Assembly: GCA_963731355.1 (NCBI GenBank)
Contig: CAVSUS010000004.1
Coordinates: 129,926 to 193,925 of the forward strand
Source of the DNA: an uncultured Solirubrobacterales bacterium
GTDB taxonomy: Bacteria; Actinomycetota; Thermoleophilia; Solirubrobacterales; Solirubrobacteraceae
Length of the DNA stretch: 64,000 bases
Reading direction: 5' to 3'
Below the pieces are notes generated by a model. The model was given only the letters and a program-made list of their open reading frames with translations, ran no database searches and was not told where the DNA came from. The position numbers and the translations under genes were made by a program. Positions 48,390-58,136 of the stretch are shown here, piece after piece (position 1 is the first letter of the stretch; each line of letters starts with the position of its first letter).

Positions 48390-50057
48390 ATGGATCAGGA
48401 ATCGCTGCACTGGCGCGCGCGCCAAAAGGGCGTCAATCCAGCCGTTTATTTGCTGGTGCGGGCGATCCTGCAGCCGTTCTTCCACATCTACCTGCGGATG
48501 AGTCGCATCGGACGCGAGTACATCCCCAAGGACGGCCCGGTGATCATCGCGGCCAACCACCGCAGCTTCTTCGATCCCTTCATGATCGGGACGATGGTGC
48601 GCAGGCCGATGTACTACGTCGCCAAGAAGGAACTGTTCGAGTACCACCCGTGGCTGGCATGGCTCCTCGGCGCGCTGGGTGCCTTCCCAGTCGATCGCGG
48701 CGCCGGCGACGCCGACATGATCGAGACGACCAAGGGCATCCTCGCGCGAGGCGAGATCGTGCTGATGTTTCCTGAGGGCACGCGGACGCGCCCTGGCTCC
48801 CTGGGAAAGCCCAAGCGGGGTGTGGGCCGGCTGGCCCTGGAGACCGGCGCACCCGTGGTCCCGGTGGCCATAATCGGCACCGAGGACATTCGCAACGGCT
48901 GGCGCATCAGGCCACGTAAGGTGCGGATTCGCGCCGGCCGCGCACTCCGCTTTCCCATGGTCGCGGACGCGTCACCGGCCCTGGCTGGCGCGGTAACGGA
49001 CCGGATCTGGCCGTGCGTGATGCTCCAGTGGGAGTGGCTCGGCGGCCTGCCTCCGATCCGGCGCGCGGCGATCATCGGCGCAGGCGCCTCGGGCACGGCC
49101 CTGGCCGTGTCGCTCGCCCGCGCCGGATACGAGGTCGATGTGGGAACTCGCACCGACGAACAGGCCGCCGCGCTGGCCCGCGAACGCGAAAACCACGCCT
49201 ACCTGCCGGGCGTGTCGCTCCCCGAATCCGTCCGGATCTCACGGTCAGCGGACCTCGAACTCGCCGAGCACGAACTGGTGTGCCTCGCGGTGCCGGCACG
49301 GTCGCTGCCGGCGGTGCTCGCCGCCCACGGCGAGCGAATTCCGCGCACCGCCGGGCTCCTCGTCCTCTCCAAGGGGCTCGTGCCGCCACTCGGCACGCTT
49401 CCGTCTGCGTTCGCCTCGGAGCGCTCGAGAGCACGCGCCGTCGCGGTGCTCGGGGGCCCAGCGCGCCCGTCCGACGTGCTCGAGCAAGGAGCCTCGGTCC
49501 TCGTCGCATCGCTCGATCGCGGCTTTGCCCGTCAGCTCGCCGACGCGCTCGGAGCCGCCGGGTTGGAGATCTCGACGACCACCGATGTGACCGGGGTCGA
49601 GCTCGCCGGCTGCGCGAAGAACGCGGCGGTGCTCGCCGCCGCCGCTGCCTCGATCGCCGGTCCGAACGTGGCGGGCGCCGCCGCCGGCAAGGTGTTCGCC
49701 GAAGTGGACGCGCTCGCGCGGATCCGCGGCGGGCGGCCGGAGACGTTTGCCGGGCTGGCCGGCGCGGGCGATCTGGTCGCGACCGTCATCTCCGACTCAT
49801 CGCGCAACCGGCGAGCGGGCCAGCTCCTCGCCCAAGGCGTGGCCGCCGACGAGGTCTCTCGAGCGTTGGGACCGGCTGCCGAGGCAGTCGACTCCGTCCC
49901 GCTGCTGGCGAGCGTCGCGCGCAACGCTCGCCTCGAGACGCCCGCGCTCGACAGCCTCGCTGCGCTCCTCGATGGCCGGATCGACGCCGACGGGTGGACG
50001 GCGAGGGTCACCGAGTCCGCCCGTCCCAGTCTCTCCACCCCTATCCGTGCCGCCTGA
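48390..50057 (+). CDS. Fusion of PlsC-like acyltransferase and GpsA-like glycerol-3-phosphate dehydrogenase
   Basis: NHRSFFD and FPEGTR; then GAGASG, YLPG, GCAKN, GLAGAGDL, SRNR. Confidence 0.88.
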   Translation: MDQESLHWRARQKGVNPAVYLLVRAILQPFFHIYLRMSRIGREYIPKDGPVIIAANHRSFFDPFMIGTMVRRPMYYVAKKELFEYHPWLAWLLGALGAFPVDRGAGDADMIETTKGILARGEIVLMFPEGTRTRPGSLGKPKRGVGRLALETGAPVVPVAIIGTEDIRNGWRIRPRKVRIRAGRALRFPMVADASPALAGAVTDRIWPCVMLQWEWLGGLPPIRRAAIIGAGASGTALAVSLARAGYEVDVGTRTDEQAAALARERENHAYLPGVSLPESVRISRSADLELAEHELVCLAVPARSLPAVLAAHGERIPRTAGLLVLSKGLVPPLGTLPSAFASERSRARAVAVLGGPARPSDVLEQGASVLVASLDRGFARQLADALGAAGLEISTTTDVTGVELAGCAKNAAVLAAAAASIAGPNVAGAAAGKVFAEVDALARIRGGRPETFAGLAGAGDLVATVISDSSRNRRAGQLLAQGVAADEVSRALGPAAEAVDSVPLLASVARNARLETPALDSLAALLDGRIDADGWTARVTESARPSLSTPIRAA

Positions 50058-50241
50058 TGATCGATTCAAATTTCCGCACCCCTGGATGGCGCCCACGACG
50101 CGGCACCGGATCGGCGCCCGCGTCCTCGCCGGTAGCGCCACTACCGGCTGCGTCCGCGTGCACCGCCCGACTTGGTCGTGGACGCCCCCACGGGCACGCA
50201 AATTGTGAATCAACCATCTGGCGAATGTACGCTCTCATGCG

Positions 50242-50802
50242 GTGGCCGATCAGCTGCCCAAGACCAAGGCGGAGCTCGATGCACGATTCACGGAGCTGTA
50301 CCGTGCCCACCTGCGCGATGTGTACTCCTACAGCTACTACCGGGTCGGGAACCACCACGACGCCGAGGACCTCACCGAGCAAACGTTCCTCCAGGCCTAC
50401 CGCCACTTCGAACGCGCCCTGCGCGAGTCGGACGGCCGGCCGCTACGGCCCTGGCTCATCCGCATCGCCCACAACCTCGCGGCCAACTTCTACCGGGATC
50501 GTTCGCGTAAGCCCCAGTCGGCGATCGAGGACGCCGGCATGATCTCAACGCTCCACACCACGGAGTCACTGGTGGAGGGACGAGAAGAGCTGAAGTCGAT
50601 TCTCGACGGCGTCCAGCAGCTCCCGGACGACCGCCGGGAAGCGCTGATCATGCGCTTTGCGCTGGGGATGGACAACCGCGAGATCGCAAGAGCGCTCGGT
50701 CGCACCGACGGCGCGACCAAGGTCCTGTTGCACCGTGCGGTTCGCCAGCTCGAGGGAATCGTCTCGCAAACCGTCGCCGAGGGCGCTGAGGAGGATCGGT
50801 GA
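50242..50802 (+). CDS. ECF sigma-70 factor
   Basis: DAEDLTEQTFLQAY, WLIRIAHN, EIARALG. Confidence 0.92.
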   Translation: MADQLPKTKAELDARFTELYRAHLRDVYSYSYYRVGNHHDAEDLTEQTFLQAYRHFERALRESDGRPLRPWLIRIAHNLAANFYRDRSRKPQSAIEDAGMISTLHTTESLVEGREELKSILDGVQQLPDDRREALIMRFALGMDNREIARALGRTDGATKVLLHRAVRQLEGIVSQTVAEGAEEDR

Positions 50803-51149
50803 GCACGGGCGCACCCGATTTCGAGGCGCTGCTGCGCGAGGCGCTTACCCCGGTCGACCCGCCGGCCAGCCTCGTCCAGCGGCTCGAGCTGACGCTGATC
50901 AATCTGACCGAGCTCGCGCAGGACGAGCTCGAGTCGTGGGAGCTCTCAGCGATGCGCGATCCGCGCAACTGGGTCAGGCCGGTGGCGGCGGCGACGGTCG
51001 GAGTCAGCGCTGGGACCGCACTGGTGGTGCTGCGCGTACGCCAGCGCCACCGGACGCGCAAGCAGCAGTCGAGAAACGTCCTCGATCTCGCGCAACGGAC
51101 ACTCCAGGATGCCGCCGACGAGGCGCGGCGGATCATCCCGCACCGCTAG
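50799..51149 (+). CDS. Single-TM protein, possible anti-sigma
   Basis: Overlaps sigma stop; one hydrophobic helix. Confidence 0.65.
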   Translation: MSTGAPDFEALLREALTPVDPPASLVQRLELTLINLTELAQDELESWELSAMRDPRNWVRPVAAATVGVSAGTALVVLRVRQRHRTRKQQSRNVLDLAQRTLQDAADEARRIIPHR

Positions 51150-51259
51150 CCGCACCGGCCGAACGGACGCGGCACTCCCAGGACGGTCCCCGCCGGCGCT
51201 GCCAGGACCGCCGCGGCCGGACAAGAAGCCGCGATGACGCATTGATAGCGTCCGTCCGA

Positions 51260-52102
51260 ATGGCCGTCTGCTATCGCCACCCCAGCCGCGAGACCGGCGT
51301 CTCGTGCTCGTCCTGCGGGCGGCCGATCTGTCCGGACTGCATGACGCCCACCCCGGTCGGAATGCGCTGTCCGGAGTGCAGTCGCGACAGGACGAAGGTC
51401 AAGACGATCCGCACGCGGCCCTCGGCGCCGGTGGTGACCTATACGCTGATCGCGATCAACGTCGCGGTGTTCGTCGCCGAGACCGCGGCCGGGGCGCCCC
51501 TCGGTGGTGGTGGCGGCGGGGTCATCTTCAACAAGGGTTACCTCCTCGGGTCGGCGATTTCCGTCCAGCACCAGTACTGGCGGATCGCTAGCAGCGGCTT
51601 CCTTCATGACGGGCTGCTGCACATCGCGTTCAACATGCTCTTCCTCTACATCATGGGCTCGATACTCGAGCCCGCGATCGGCCGCGTGAACTTTGCGCTC
51701 GTGTACTTCGTCTCGCTGCTGTCGGCCTCGTTCGGGGCGCTTCTGTTTCAGCCCGGGTCACCCACGGTGGGCGCTTCGGGCGCGTGCTTCGGTGTGCTGG
51801 GCGCCCTGATCGTCGTCGCCTACTTCCGCCACATCCCGATCTGGCGGAGCGGCCTGGGCATAACGCTGCTGATCAACATCATCTTCTCGCTGAGCGTCTC
51901 GGGGATATCGATCGGCGGCCACCTGGGTGGACTTGTCGGCGGGATGATCACCGGATGGCTGATCGTCCAGCTCGACGAGCGCCGGCGGCTCACGGGACTG
52001 GCGCTCGTGAGCTGCGCGCTGGTGGGGGCTGCGTCCGTCGCAGCCGCGATCGCGGTGGCCGGCTCACACGGCCTCGCGCCCAACGGCATCGGCTTCCAGT
52101 AG
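51260..52102 (+). CDS. Rhomboid protease with N-terminal Zn finger
   Basis: CYRHP...CSSCGRPICPDC...CPEC; HIAFNM, GASG, HLGG. Confidence 0.93.
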   Translation: MAVCYRHPSRETGVSCSSCGRPICPDCMTPTPVGMRCPECSRDRTKVKTIRTRPSAPVVTYTLIAINVAVFVAETAAGAPLGGGGGGVIFNKGYLLGSAISVQHQYWRIASSGFLHDGLLHIAFNMLFLYIMGSILEPAIGRVNFALVYFVSLLSASFGALLFQPGSPTVGASGACFGVLGALIVVAYFRHIPIWRSGLGITLLINIIFSLSVSGISIGGHLGGLVGGMITGWLIVQLDERRRLTGLALVSCALVGAASVAAAIAVAGSHGLAPNGIGFQ

Positions 52103-52106
52103 CCCG

Positions 52107-52997
52107 TCAGAGCTCGACCGTGAGCGCGGTGCCGTTCGCCTCCGGCACGGCCTCCGGGTGCAGGACGTGCGCCAGCAGCTCGAGGCCGTCGACGATCCGG
52201 GGACCCGGCCGCGAAAAGTACGAAGCGGCGTCCACCGCGACCACCTCGCCGGCGCCCACGGCGCCCAGCTCGTCACGGTGCATCTCCGCCTCGCGGTGAC
52301 CGATCTCGGCGTCGTAGCCGCACGGCATGACGATCACCACGTCGGGCTGGGCGGCTTCCACGTCACGCCAGCTCAGCTCCTGTGAGTGCTCGCCGGGGAA
52401 TCCGAGCACGTCCTCCCCGCCGGCATAGTCGATCAGCTGTGGAGTCCAGTGCCCGGCCGCAAACGGCGGATCGAGCCACTCTAACGCCGCCACGCGCGGC
52501 CGCCTGGCCTTGCGAACCGCGAGCCGGACGCGATCGATTCGAGCCGATGCGTCGCGTACGAGGTCGACGGCGGCGTCCCTGCGGTCGGTCGCCTCCGCCA
52601 GCGTGCGCGCGTCGCCGAAGACCTCGCCCACGGTGTGAGGATCGAGCGAGATCACCTCGGGATGGGGATCGAGCTCCTCGGCGAGGCTCCGCACGTCCTG
52701 GTAGGAGACGGCGCACACCGAGCACAGTGCCTGGGTGACGATCAGGTCGGGGCGCAGCTCGTGCAGGATCTCGGTGTCGAGCTCGTAGATCGACTCGCCC
52801 GCGAGCGTGCGCTCCTTGACCGCCGCGTCGATCTGCGCGGACGTGAGCCCGGCCGGGAGCAGGTCCCGAGTGACCTTGGGAAGCTCCCGAGCCGCGGGGG
52901 GATAGTCGCACTCGTGCGTCACCGCGATGACGTCGGTCCCGAGCCCGAGCGCAAACAGCATTTCTGTGGCGGAGGGAACCAGGCTGACGATTCGCAT
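52107..52997 (-). CDS. Cobalamin/Fe-siderophore-type binding protein (BtuF-like)
   Basis: MRIVSLVPSATE, THECDYP, FSRPGPR; no signal peptide. Confidence 0.85.
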   Translation of the reverse strand: MRIVSLVPSATEMLFALGLGTDVIAVTHECDYPPAARELPKVTRDLLPAGLTSAQIDAAVKERTLAGESIYELDTEILHELRPDLIVTQALCSVCAVSYQDVRSLAEELDPHPEVISLDPHTVGEVFGDARTLAEATDRRDAAVDLVRDASARIDRVRLAVRKARRPRVAALEWLDPPFAAGHWTPQLIDYAGGEDVLGFPGEHSQELSWRDVEAAQPDVVIVMPCGYDAEIGHREAEMHRDELGAVGAGEVVAVDAASYFSRPGPRIVDGLELLAHVLHPEAVPEANGTALTVEL

Positions 52998-53283
52998 GGC
53001 GGGTGTGCTTACGGATCAGGCTGACGGGAAACCGATTGGAAGATCCCGAAAGTCTCAGAACACGAAAAGGAGAACGATATGGCAGATGGCCGTTCGATCG
53101 GCTCTCCAGTGCCCCGAGAATCCGGGTCCCCTGCTGCTACCGTTCTTCGCGTCGCTGCATGAACGACGACGACCCATCTCGAAGTAGCAGCGCGAGGACG
53201 GAGGGCCGCTGGCCCATGCAACTCCGCTCCCCGCTACCCAAGAGCAGGGCCCAAAGCGCGCTCGGCTGTGCGCTGATCGCCCA

Positions 53284-54591
53284 GTGAAGGCCCTGTTCAT
53301 CATCCTCACGGGGCTGTTGGTCCTGGTCAACGCGTTCTTCGTGATGGCCGAGTACGCACTGGTGCGCTCACGGCGGACCCGGCTCGAGGCCCTCGCCGAA
53401 GAAGGCGCGCGTGGCGCCCGGCTCGCGCTGTCCCAGCTCGATCGGATCGGCGACTACATATCGGCCTGCCAGGTGGGGATCACGATGGCCTCGATCGGCA
53501 TCGGTGCGCTCGGCGAGCCGGCGATCGCGCATCTGCTGGAGAAACCCTTCGGACCTGCGCTCGGACACGCCCTCGCCGTTGCGATCTCGGTGGTCATCGC
53601 CTACCTACTGATCACGGCTGCCCAGGTGATCGTCGGCGAACTGGTTCCCAAGCTGTATGTGATCCAGCACGCCGAGGGGGTGCTGCGCCGGATCGCTCGC
53701 CCGCTGCAGTTCTTCCGGGTGGTGTTTCACCCCTTCATCGTCCTGCTCACCGCGTCCTCGAACTCGATCCTGCGTGCCCTCGGCGTCGATCCGACGGCCG
53801 AGCCAGAGGGTGGGACACCCGACGAGATCAAGCGGCTGATCGCTCAGTCCAGCACCGGCGGGCAGCTCGACGTCGGCGAGGCGAACATGCTGACCGGCGT
53901 GTTCCACCTCCACGAGCAGGAGGCGCGGCAGGTGATGACGCCGATCCCGGCAGTGGTGACGGTGGACATGTCGGAGACGGTCGAGGCGGCGCTTCGGCTG
54001 TGCATCTCGACCGCGCATTCGCGGCTGGTCGTGATCGAGGACGAGAACCCGGACCGGGTGAGGGGAATCGTCCACGTCAACCAGCTCGTCAAGCTGGCCA
54101 TGAACGAGGGTTACGAGGCCCACTTCGAGCGGGTGGTCCGGGAGGCGCCGATCGTTCCGGAGACCAAGCCGCTCGACGATCTGCTGGCCGACCTGCAGCG
54201 CGAGCGGACCGAGCTTGCGCTCGTGGTCGACGAGTACGGGCGCACGGCCGGGCTGGTGACGATCGAGGACATCATCGAGGAGGTGGTCGGTGAGATCTCC
54301 GACGAGACCGATCCCGCGGGCGGGGCGGTGCGCCGGCTGGCGAACGGCGACTGGTTCGTCCGCGGGCACGTCGCGGTCAGCGACCTGCAGGACTATGGAC
54401 TCGAGCTCCCGGTGGATACGGACGCCTACAACTCGGTGGGCGGGTTCGTGTTCGCCGAGCTGGGGCGGCTGCCCAAGCGCGGGGACACGATCTCAGCCAA
54501 CGGCTACTCGATCCGCGTCGAATCCGTGCGCCAGAACCGCATCGAGGCCGTGCGGATCAGGCACCGGCGCGCGGCGACTTCGTCCGGCTAG
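53284..54591 (+). CDS. CNNM/CorC (hemolysin-family) protein
   Basis: NAFFVMAEYA, GELVPK, VDEYG...EDIIEEVVGEI, CBS pair. Confidence 0.94.
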   Translation: MKALFIILTGLLVLVNAFFVMAEYALVRSRRTRLEALAEEGARGARLALSQLDRIGDYISACQVGITMASIGIGALGEPAIAHLLEKPFGPALGHALAVAISVVIAYLLITAAQVIVGELVPKLYVIQHAEGVLRRIARPLQFFRVVFHPFIVLLTASSNSILRALGVDPTAEPEGGTPDEIKRLIAQSSTGGQLDVGEANMLTGVFHLHEQEARQVMTPIPAVVTVDMSETVEAALRLCISTAHSRLVVIEDENPDRVRGIVHVNQLVKLAMNEGYEAHFERVVREAPIVPETKPLDDLLADLQRERTELALVVDEYGRTAGLVTIEDIIEEVVGEISDETDPAGGAVRRLANGDWFVRGHVAVSDLQDYGLELPVDTDAYNSVGGFVFAELGRLPKRGDTISANGYSIRVESVRQNRIEAVRIRHRRAATSSG

Positions 54592-54746
54592 CGCACGACG
54601 GGGCCCACGCGGGCGCTTCACGCCGCCAGCCCCCCACCACCGGCCAACACGAGTTCGCATCGTTCGTTACATTTCGCGCCAAGGCAACGGCCGGAGAGTT
54701 CGCTGATCACAAGGCGCAGACCCTGCCGGTGGTTGAGAGGAGAGAT

Positions 54747-54774
54747 GAAGCCGGCCCTCGACCGGGCCGGCTTC
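54747..54774. terminator. GC-rich hairpin 1
   Basis: GAAGCCGGCCC-6 nt-GGGCCGGCTTC. Confidence 0.65.
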
Positions 54775-54784
54775 GCCTACGAAA

Positions 54785-54815
54785 GAAGCCGGCCCGCTGG
54801 GGACGGGCCGGCTTC
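54785..54815 (-). terminator. GC-rich hairpin 2
   Basis: GAAGCCGGCCCG-7 nt-CGGGCCGGCTTC; TTT follows on the minus strand. Confidence 0.7.
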
Positions 54816-54911
54816 GTGCTTCTGGGGAGGAGGTGCTGCTATGAGGTACGTCGCGATGAGAAGTCTGCGGCCCTGACCTGAACGGGCCTTAAATAGTTCG
54901 TCGGAGCTGCG

Positions 54912-55712
54912 TCAGTCGTAGGTGTAGAAGCCGCGCCGCGTCTTCCGACCCAAGGCCCCTTCATCGACCAGGTCCACGAGCTCCTGCGGCACGGGCGTGC
55001 CGATCGCCTCTCCGATGGCCAGCGACACGTCGAGCCCGACGAAGTCGAGGAGGGCCAGCGGTCCCATCGGCATCCCCGCGCCGAGCGTCATGCAGTTGTC
55101 GATGTCCGGGACCGACATTCCGGTCCGGGTGCGTAGCTCGACCGCGCTGAACAGGTACGGGAACAGGAGGCGGTTGACCACGAAGCCCGGCAGGTCCGGG
55201 ACCTCGACCGCGGTCTTGCCCAACGTCTCGCACAGAGTTCGCGCTCTTTGGCGGGTGTGCGGGCTCGCCTCCGCCGGGAACGCGAGCTCGACGAGCTTCA
55301 TCCTCGGAACCGGATTGAAGACGTGGAACCCGACAAACCGATCGGGATGCCCGGTCGTCTTGGCCAGCTCCGCAATGGACAGCGACGAGGTGGTGGTCGC
55401 GAACACGGCGTCGGGAGCGGCGTGCGAGGCGAGCTCGTCCAGGACCGCGGCCTTGCTTCCGTGGTGCTCGACCACGGCCTCGACCAGGAACGTCGCCTCC
55501 CCGAGGGCCTGTAGGTCGGTGACGATCCGGACGCGGTCGGGATCGAGCGCTTCGTCGGTGAGCTTTGCGCAGGCCTTGCACACGGTCGTGCGCGCGCGAT
55601 CGGCGGAGATGTCCGAGCGTGCCCAGAGCAGCACGTCACCGCGGCGCGCCGCGGTCACTGCGAGGCCGCAAGCGATCGCACCCGAACCGGCGATTCCGAG
55701 TCGTTCTTGCAC
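54912..55712 (-). CDS. 3-hydroxyacyl-CoA dehydrogenase
   Basis: GSGAIA, EAVVE, TTSSL, HVFNP, PGFVVNR, GRKTRRGFY. Confidence 0.92.
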   Translation of the reverse strand: MQERLGIAGSGAIACGLAVTAARRGDVLLWARSDISADRARTTVCKACAKLTDEALDPDRVRIVTDLQALGEATFLVEAVVEHHGSKAAVLDELASHAAPDAVFATTTSSLSIAELAKTTGHPDRFVGFHVFNPVPRMKLVELAFPAEASPHTRQRARTLCETLGKTAVEVPDLPGFVVNRLLFPYLFSAVELRTRTGMSVPDIDNCMTLGAGMPMGPLALLDFVGLDVSLAIGEAIGTPVPQELVDLVDEGALGRKTRRGFYTYD

Positions 55713-55846
55713 GGCAACTCCCAAGGTCTGGTGAGGTGAGCGATCAGTTGGCTTGGCGACCATGTCCTTCGAGTACAGTACGGGAGCGTTCATTTGAGGG
55801 GCGCAGTCGTCGTCGGCGCCCGATCCCGCTACCAGGATAAGGACAG

Positions 55847-57358
55847 ATGGCGACGCTGGAACACGTGGATGTACTGATTGTCGGAGCCGGTCTCTCGGGG
55901 ATCGGCGCCGGCTACCACCTCCAGACCGAGTGTCCCGGCAAGAGCTACGCGATCCTCGAAGCCAGAGGACAAATCGGCGGAACCTGGGACCTCTTCCGTT
56001 TTCCCGGGATCCGCTCGGACTCCGACATGTACACGCTCGGCTATTCGTTCCGGCCCTGGCGCGGCCGCCGGTCGATCGCCGACGGGCAGTCGATCCTCAG
56101 CTACGTCCGCGAGACCGCGAGTGAACACGGCATCGACCGCACGATCCGCTTTCACCACCGCGTCGTGCGCGCGCACTGGTCCAGCGATGACGCCCGCTGG
56201 ACGGTCGAGGCGACCAGGACCGACACCGGGGAGACGGTGCGGCTGACGTGCGGGTTTCTGTTCCTGTGCACCGGCTATTACCGCTACGACGAGCCGTATA
56301 TGCCGGAGTTCCAGGGCACCGAGCGCTTCTCGGGCGCGATCGTTCACCCGCAGAAGTGGCGCGAGGACATCGACTACTCCGGCAAGCGCGTGGTGGTGAT
56401 CGGCAGCGGCGCGACCGCGGTGACCCTGGTCCCGGCGATCGCGCAGCGCGCCGCGCACGTCACCATGCTGCAGCGCTCGCCCAGCTACGTGGTCGCGCTA
56501 CCGGCCGAGGACCCGGTGAATACGTTCCTGCGCCGAAAGGCGCCGGCCAAACTGGCCTACTCGATCGTGCGCTGGAAGAACGTGCTCCTAACGCTCCTGA
56601 GCTTCGAGCTCAGCCGCCGGCGGCCGGCCCTGGTCAAGACGCTGATTCGCAACGCGCTCGAGAAACAGCTGCCGCCCGGCTACGACATCGACACGCATTT
56701 CAACCCGCGCTACAACCCGTGGGACCAGCGGATGTGCGTCGCGCCGGACGGCGATCTGTTCACCGCGATCCGCGAAGGTCGCGTCTCGATCGTGACCGAT
56801 CGCATCGACACGTTCACCGAGAAAGGGCTGAAGCTCGAGTCGGGGCAGGAGCTCGGGGCCGACCTGATCGTCACCGCCACCGGATTGAACCTGCTCGCCC
56901 TCGGTGGGCTGCAGCTCACGGTGGACGGAGACCAGATCGACCCTGCCGAGACGATGAGCTACAAGGGAATGATGCTGGGCGGCGTGCCGAATTTCGCAGT
57001 CTCGTTCGGCTACACGAACGCCTCCTGGACGCTGAAGTGCGACCTGACCTGCGCGTACGTGTGCCGGCTGCTGAATCACATGGACCAGCACGGCTACGTG
57101 GAGTGCAGGCCGTCGCACCCAAATCCCGCCATCTCCGCACAGCCGTTCGTCGACTTCTCTTCGGGCTACATCGTGCGCGCCATCGGCAGATTCCCGCGAC
57201 AGGGCTCCGAGGCACCGTGGCGGCTTTATCAGAACTTTGCGCTGGACATTCTGAGCTTGAGGTTCCGGCCGCTGGAGGACGGGACCATGCGGTTCTGCCG
57301 CGCGAGGCCGGCCGAGTCGCCTCCCGCCGACGTGGATCCAGCTCGCGTCGCGGCCTGA
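55847..57358 (+). CDS. EthA-like flavin monooxygenase
   Basis: GAGLSG, PGIRSDSD, FSGAIVHPQKW, GSGATA. Confidence 0.93.
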   Translation: MATLEHVDVLIVGAGLSGIGAGYHLQTECPGKSYAILEARGQIGGTWDLFRFPGIRSDSDMYTLGYSFRPWRGRRSIADGQSILSYVRETASEHGIDRTIRFHHRVVRAHWSSDDARWTVEATRTDTGETVRLTCGFLFLCTGYYRYDEPYMPEFQGTERFSGAIVHPQKWREDIDYSGKRVVVIGSGATAVTLVPAIAQRAAHVTMLQRSPSYVVALPAEDPVNTFLRRKAPAKLAYSIVRWKNVLLTLLSFELSRRRPALVKTLIRNALEKQLPPGYDIDTHFNPRYNPWDQRMCVAPDGDLFTAIREGRVSIVTDRIDTFTEKGLKLESGQELGADLIVTATGLNLLALGGLQLTVDGDQIDPAETMSYKGMMLGGVPNFAVSFGYTNASWTLKCDLTCAYVCRLLNHMDQHGYVECRPSHPNPAISAQPFVDFSSGYIVRAIGRFPRQGSEAPWRLYQNFALDILSLRFRPLEDGTMRFCRARPAESPPADVDPARVAA

Positions 57359-57371
57359 TCCCCGAATCCTG

Positions 57372-58136
57372 TCAGTCGCCCTGCTCGCTCGGTCTCAACA
57401 GCAGCTCGTTGATCGCAACGTGGCGCGGTCGGGTGATGACATACAGGATCGCGTCGGCGATGTCCTCGGACTGAAGCCGCTCCACGTCGGCGAAGCGGGC
57501 CTGTATCTGCTCCTGGATCTCCGGCCGGTTGTGGGAGCGAAGCTCGGTGTCGGTCGCGCCCGGCTCGATCACCGACACGCGCAAGTGCCGCCCCGCCACC
57601 TCCTGGCGGAGCGCCTCGCTGAACGCGCCCACCCCGTGCTTGGTGAGGTTGTACACGGCGCTCCCGGCTCGCGTGACCCGGCCCGCGACCGAGCTGATTG
57701 TGACCATGTCCGCGACTCCCCGCGCGCCGTCCTGCGCGGCCGACAGAAGGTGAGGCAGCGCCGCGTACGCGCAATAGAGCACCCCTTCGACGTTCACGCG
57801 CACCATGCGCTGCCATTCCTCGAGCGGCGCGCCGACGGCCGGGCCGAGCAGCATCACGCCGGCGTTGTTGATGAGGATGTCGAGCCGCCCGAGCTCTGAC
57901 ACCGTGCGCTCGACGGCCTCGCGCGCCTGCGCCTCGTCGGCCACGTCGGCCTCGAGCACGAGCGCGGTCCCGCCTGGCTCCCGGATCCGCTGCGCAAGGG
58001 CGTCCAGGCGGTCCACGCGGCGAGCCGCGAGCGCCACCGACGCCCCCTGCTCCGCCAGCGCGAGCGCCGTGGCCTCCCCGATCCCGCTGGAGGCGCCGGT
58101 CACGAGCGCGACCGTTCCTTCGAGCATCCCGTCCAT
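57372..58136 (-). CDS. Short-chain dehydrogenase (YdfG-like)
   Basis: TGASSGIG, NNAG, YNLTK. Confidence 0.93.
   Translation of the reverse strand: MDGMLEGTVALVTGASSGIGEATALALAEQGASVALAARRVDRLDALAQRIREPGGTALVLEADVADEAQAREAVERTVSELGRLDILINNAGVMLLGPAVGAPLEEWQRMVRVNVEGVLYCAYAALPHLLSAAQDGARGVADMVTISSVAGRVTRAGSAVYNLTKHGVGAFSEALRQEVAGRHLRVSVIEPGATDTELRSHNRPEIQEQIQARFADVERLQSEDIADAILYVITRPRHVAINELLLRPSEQGD

Noticed and set aside
54747-54815. CRISPR or REP array
   Set aside because: Only two hairpins, no spacers, no cas genes
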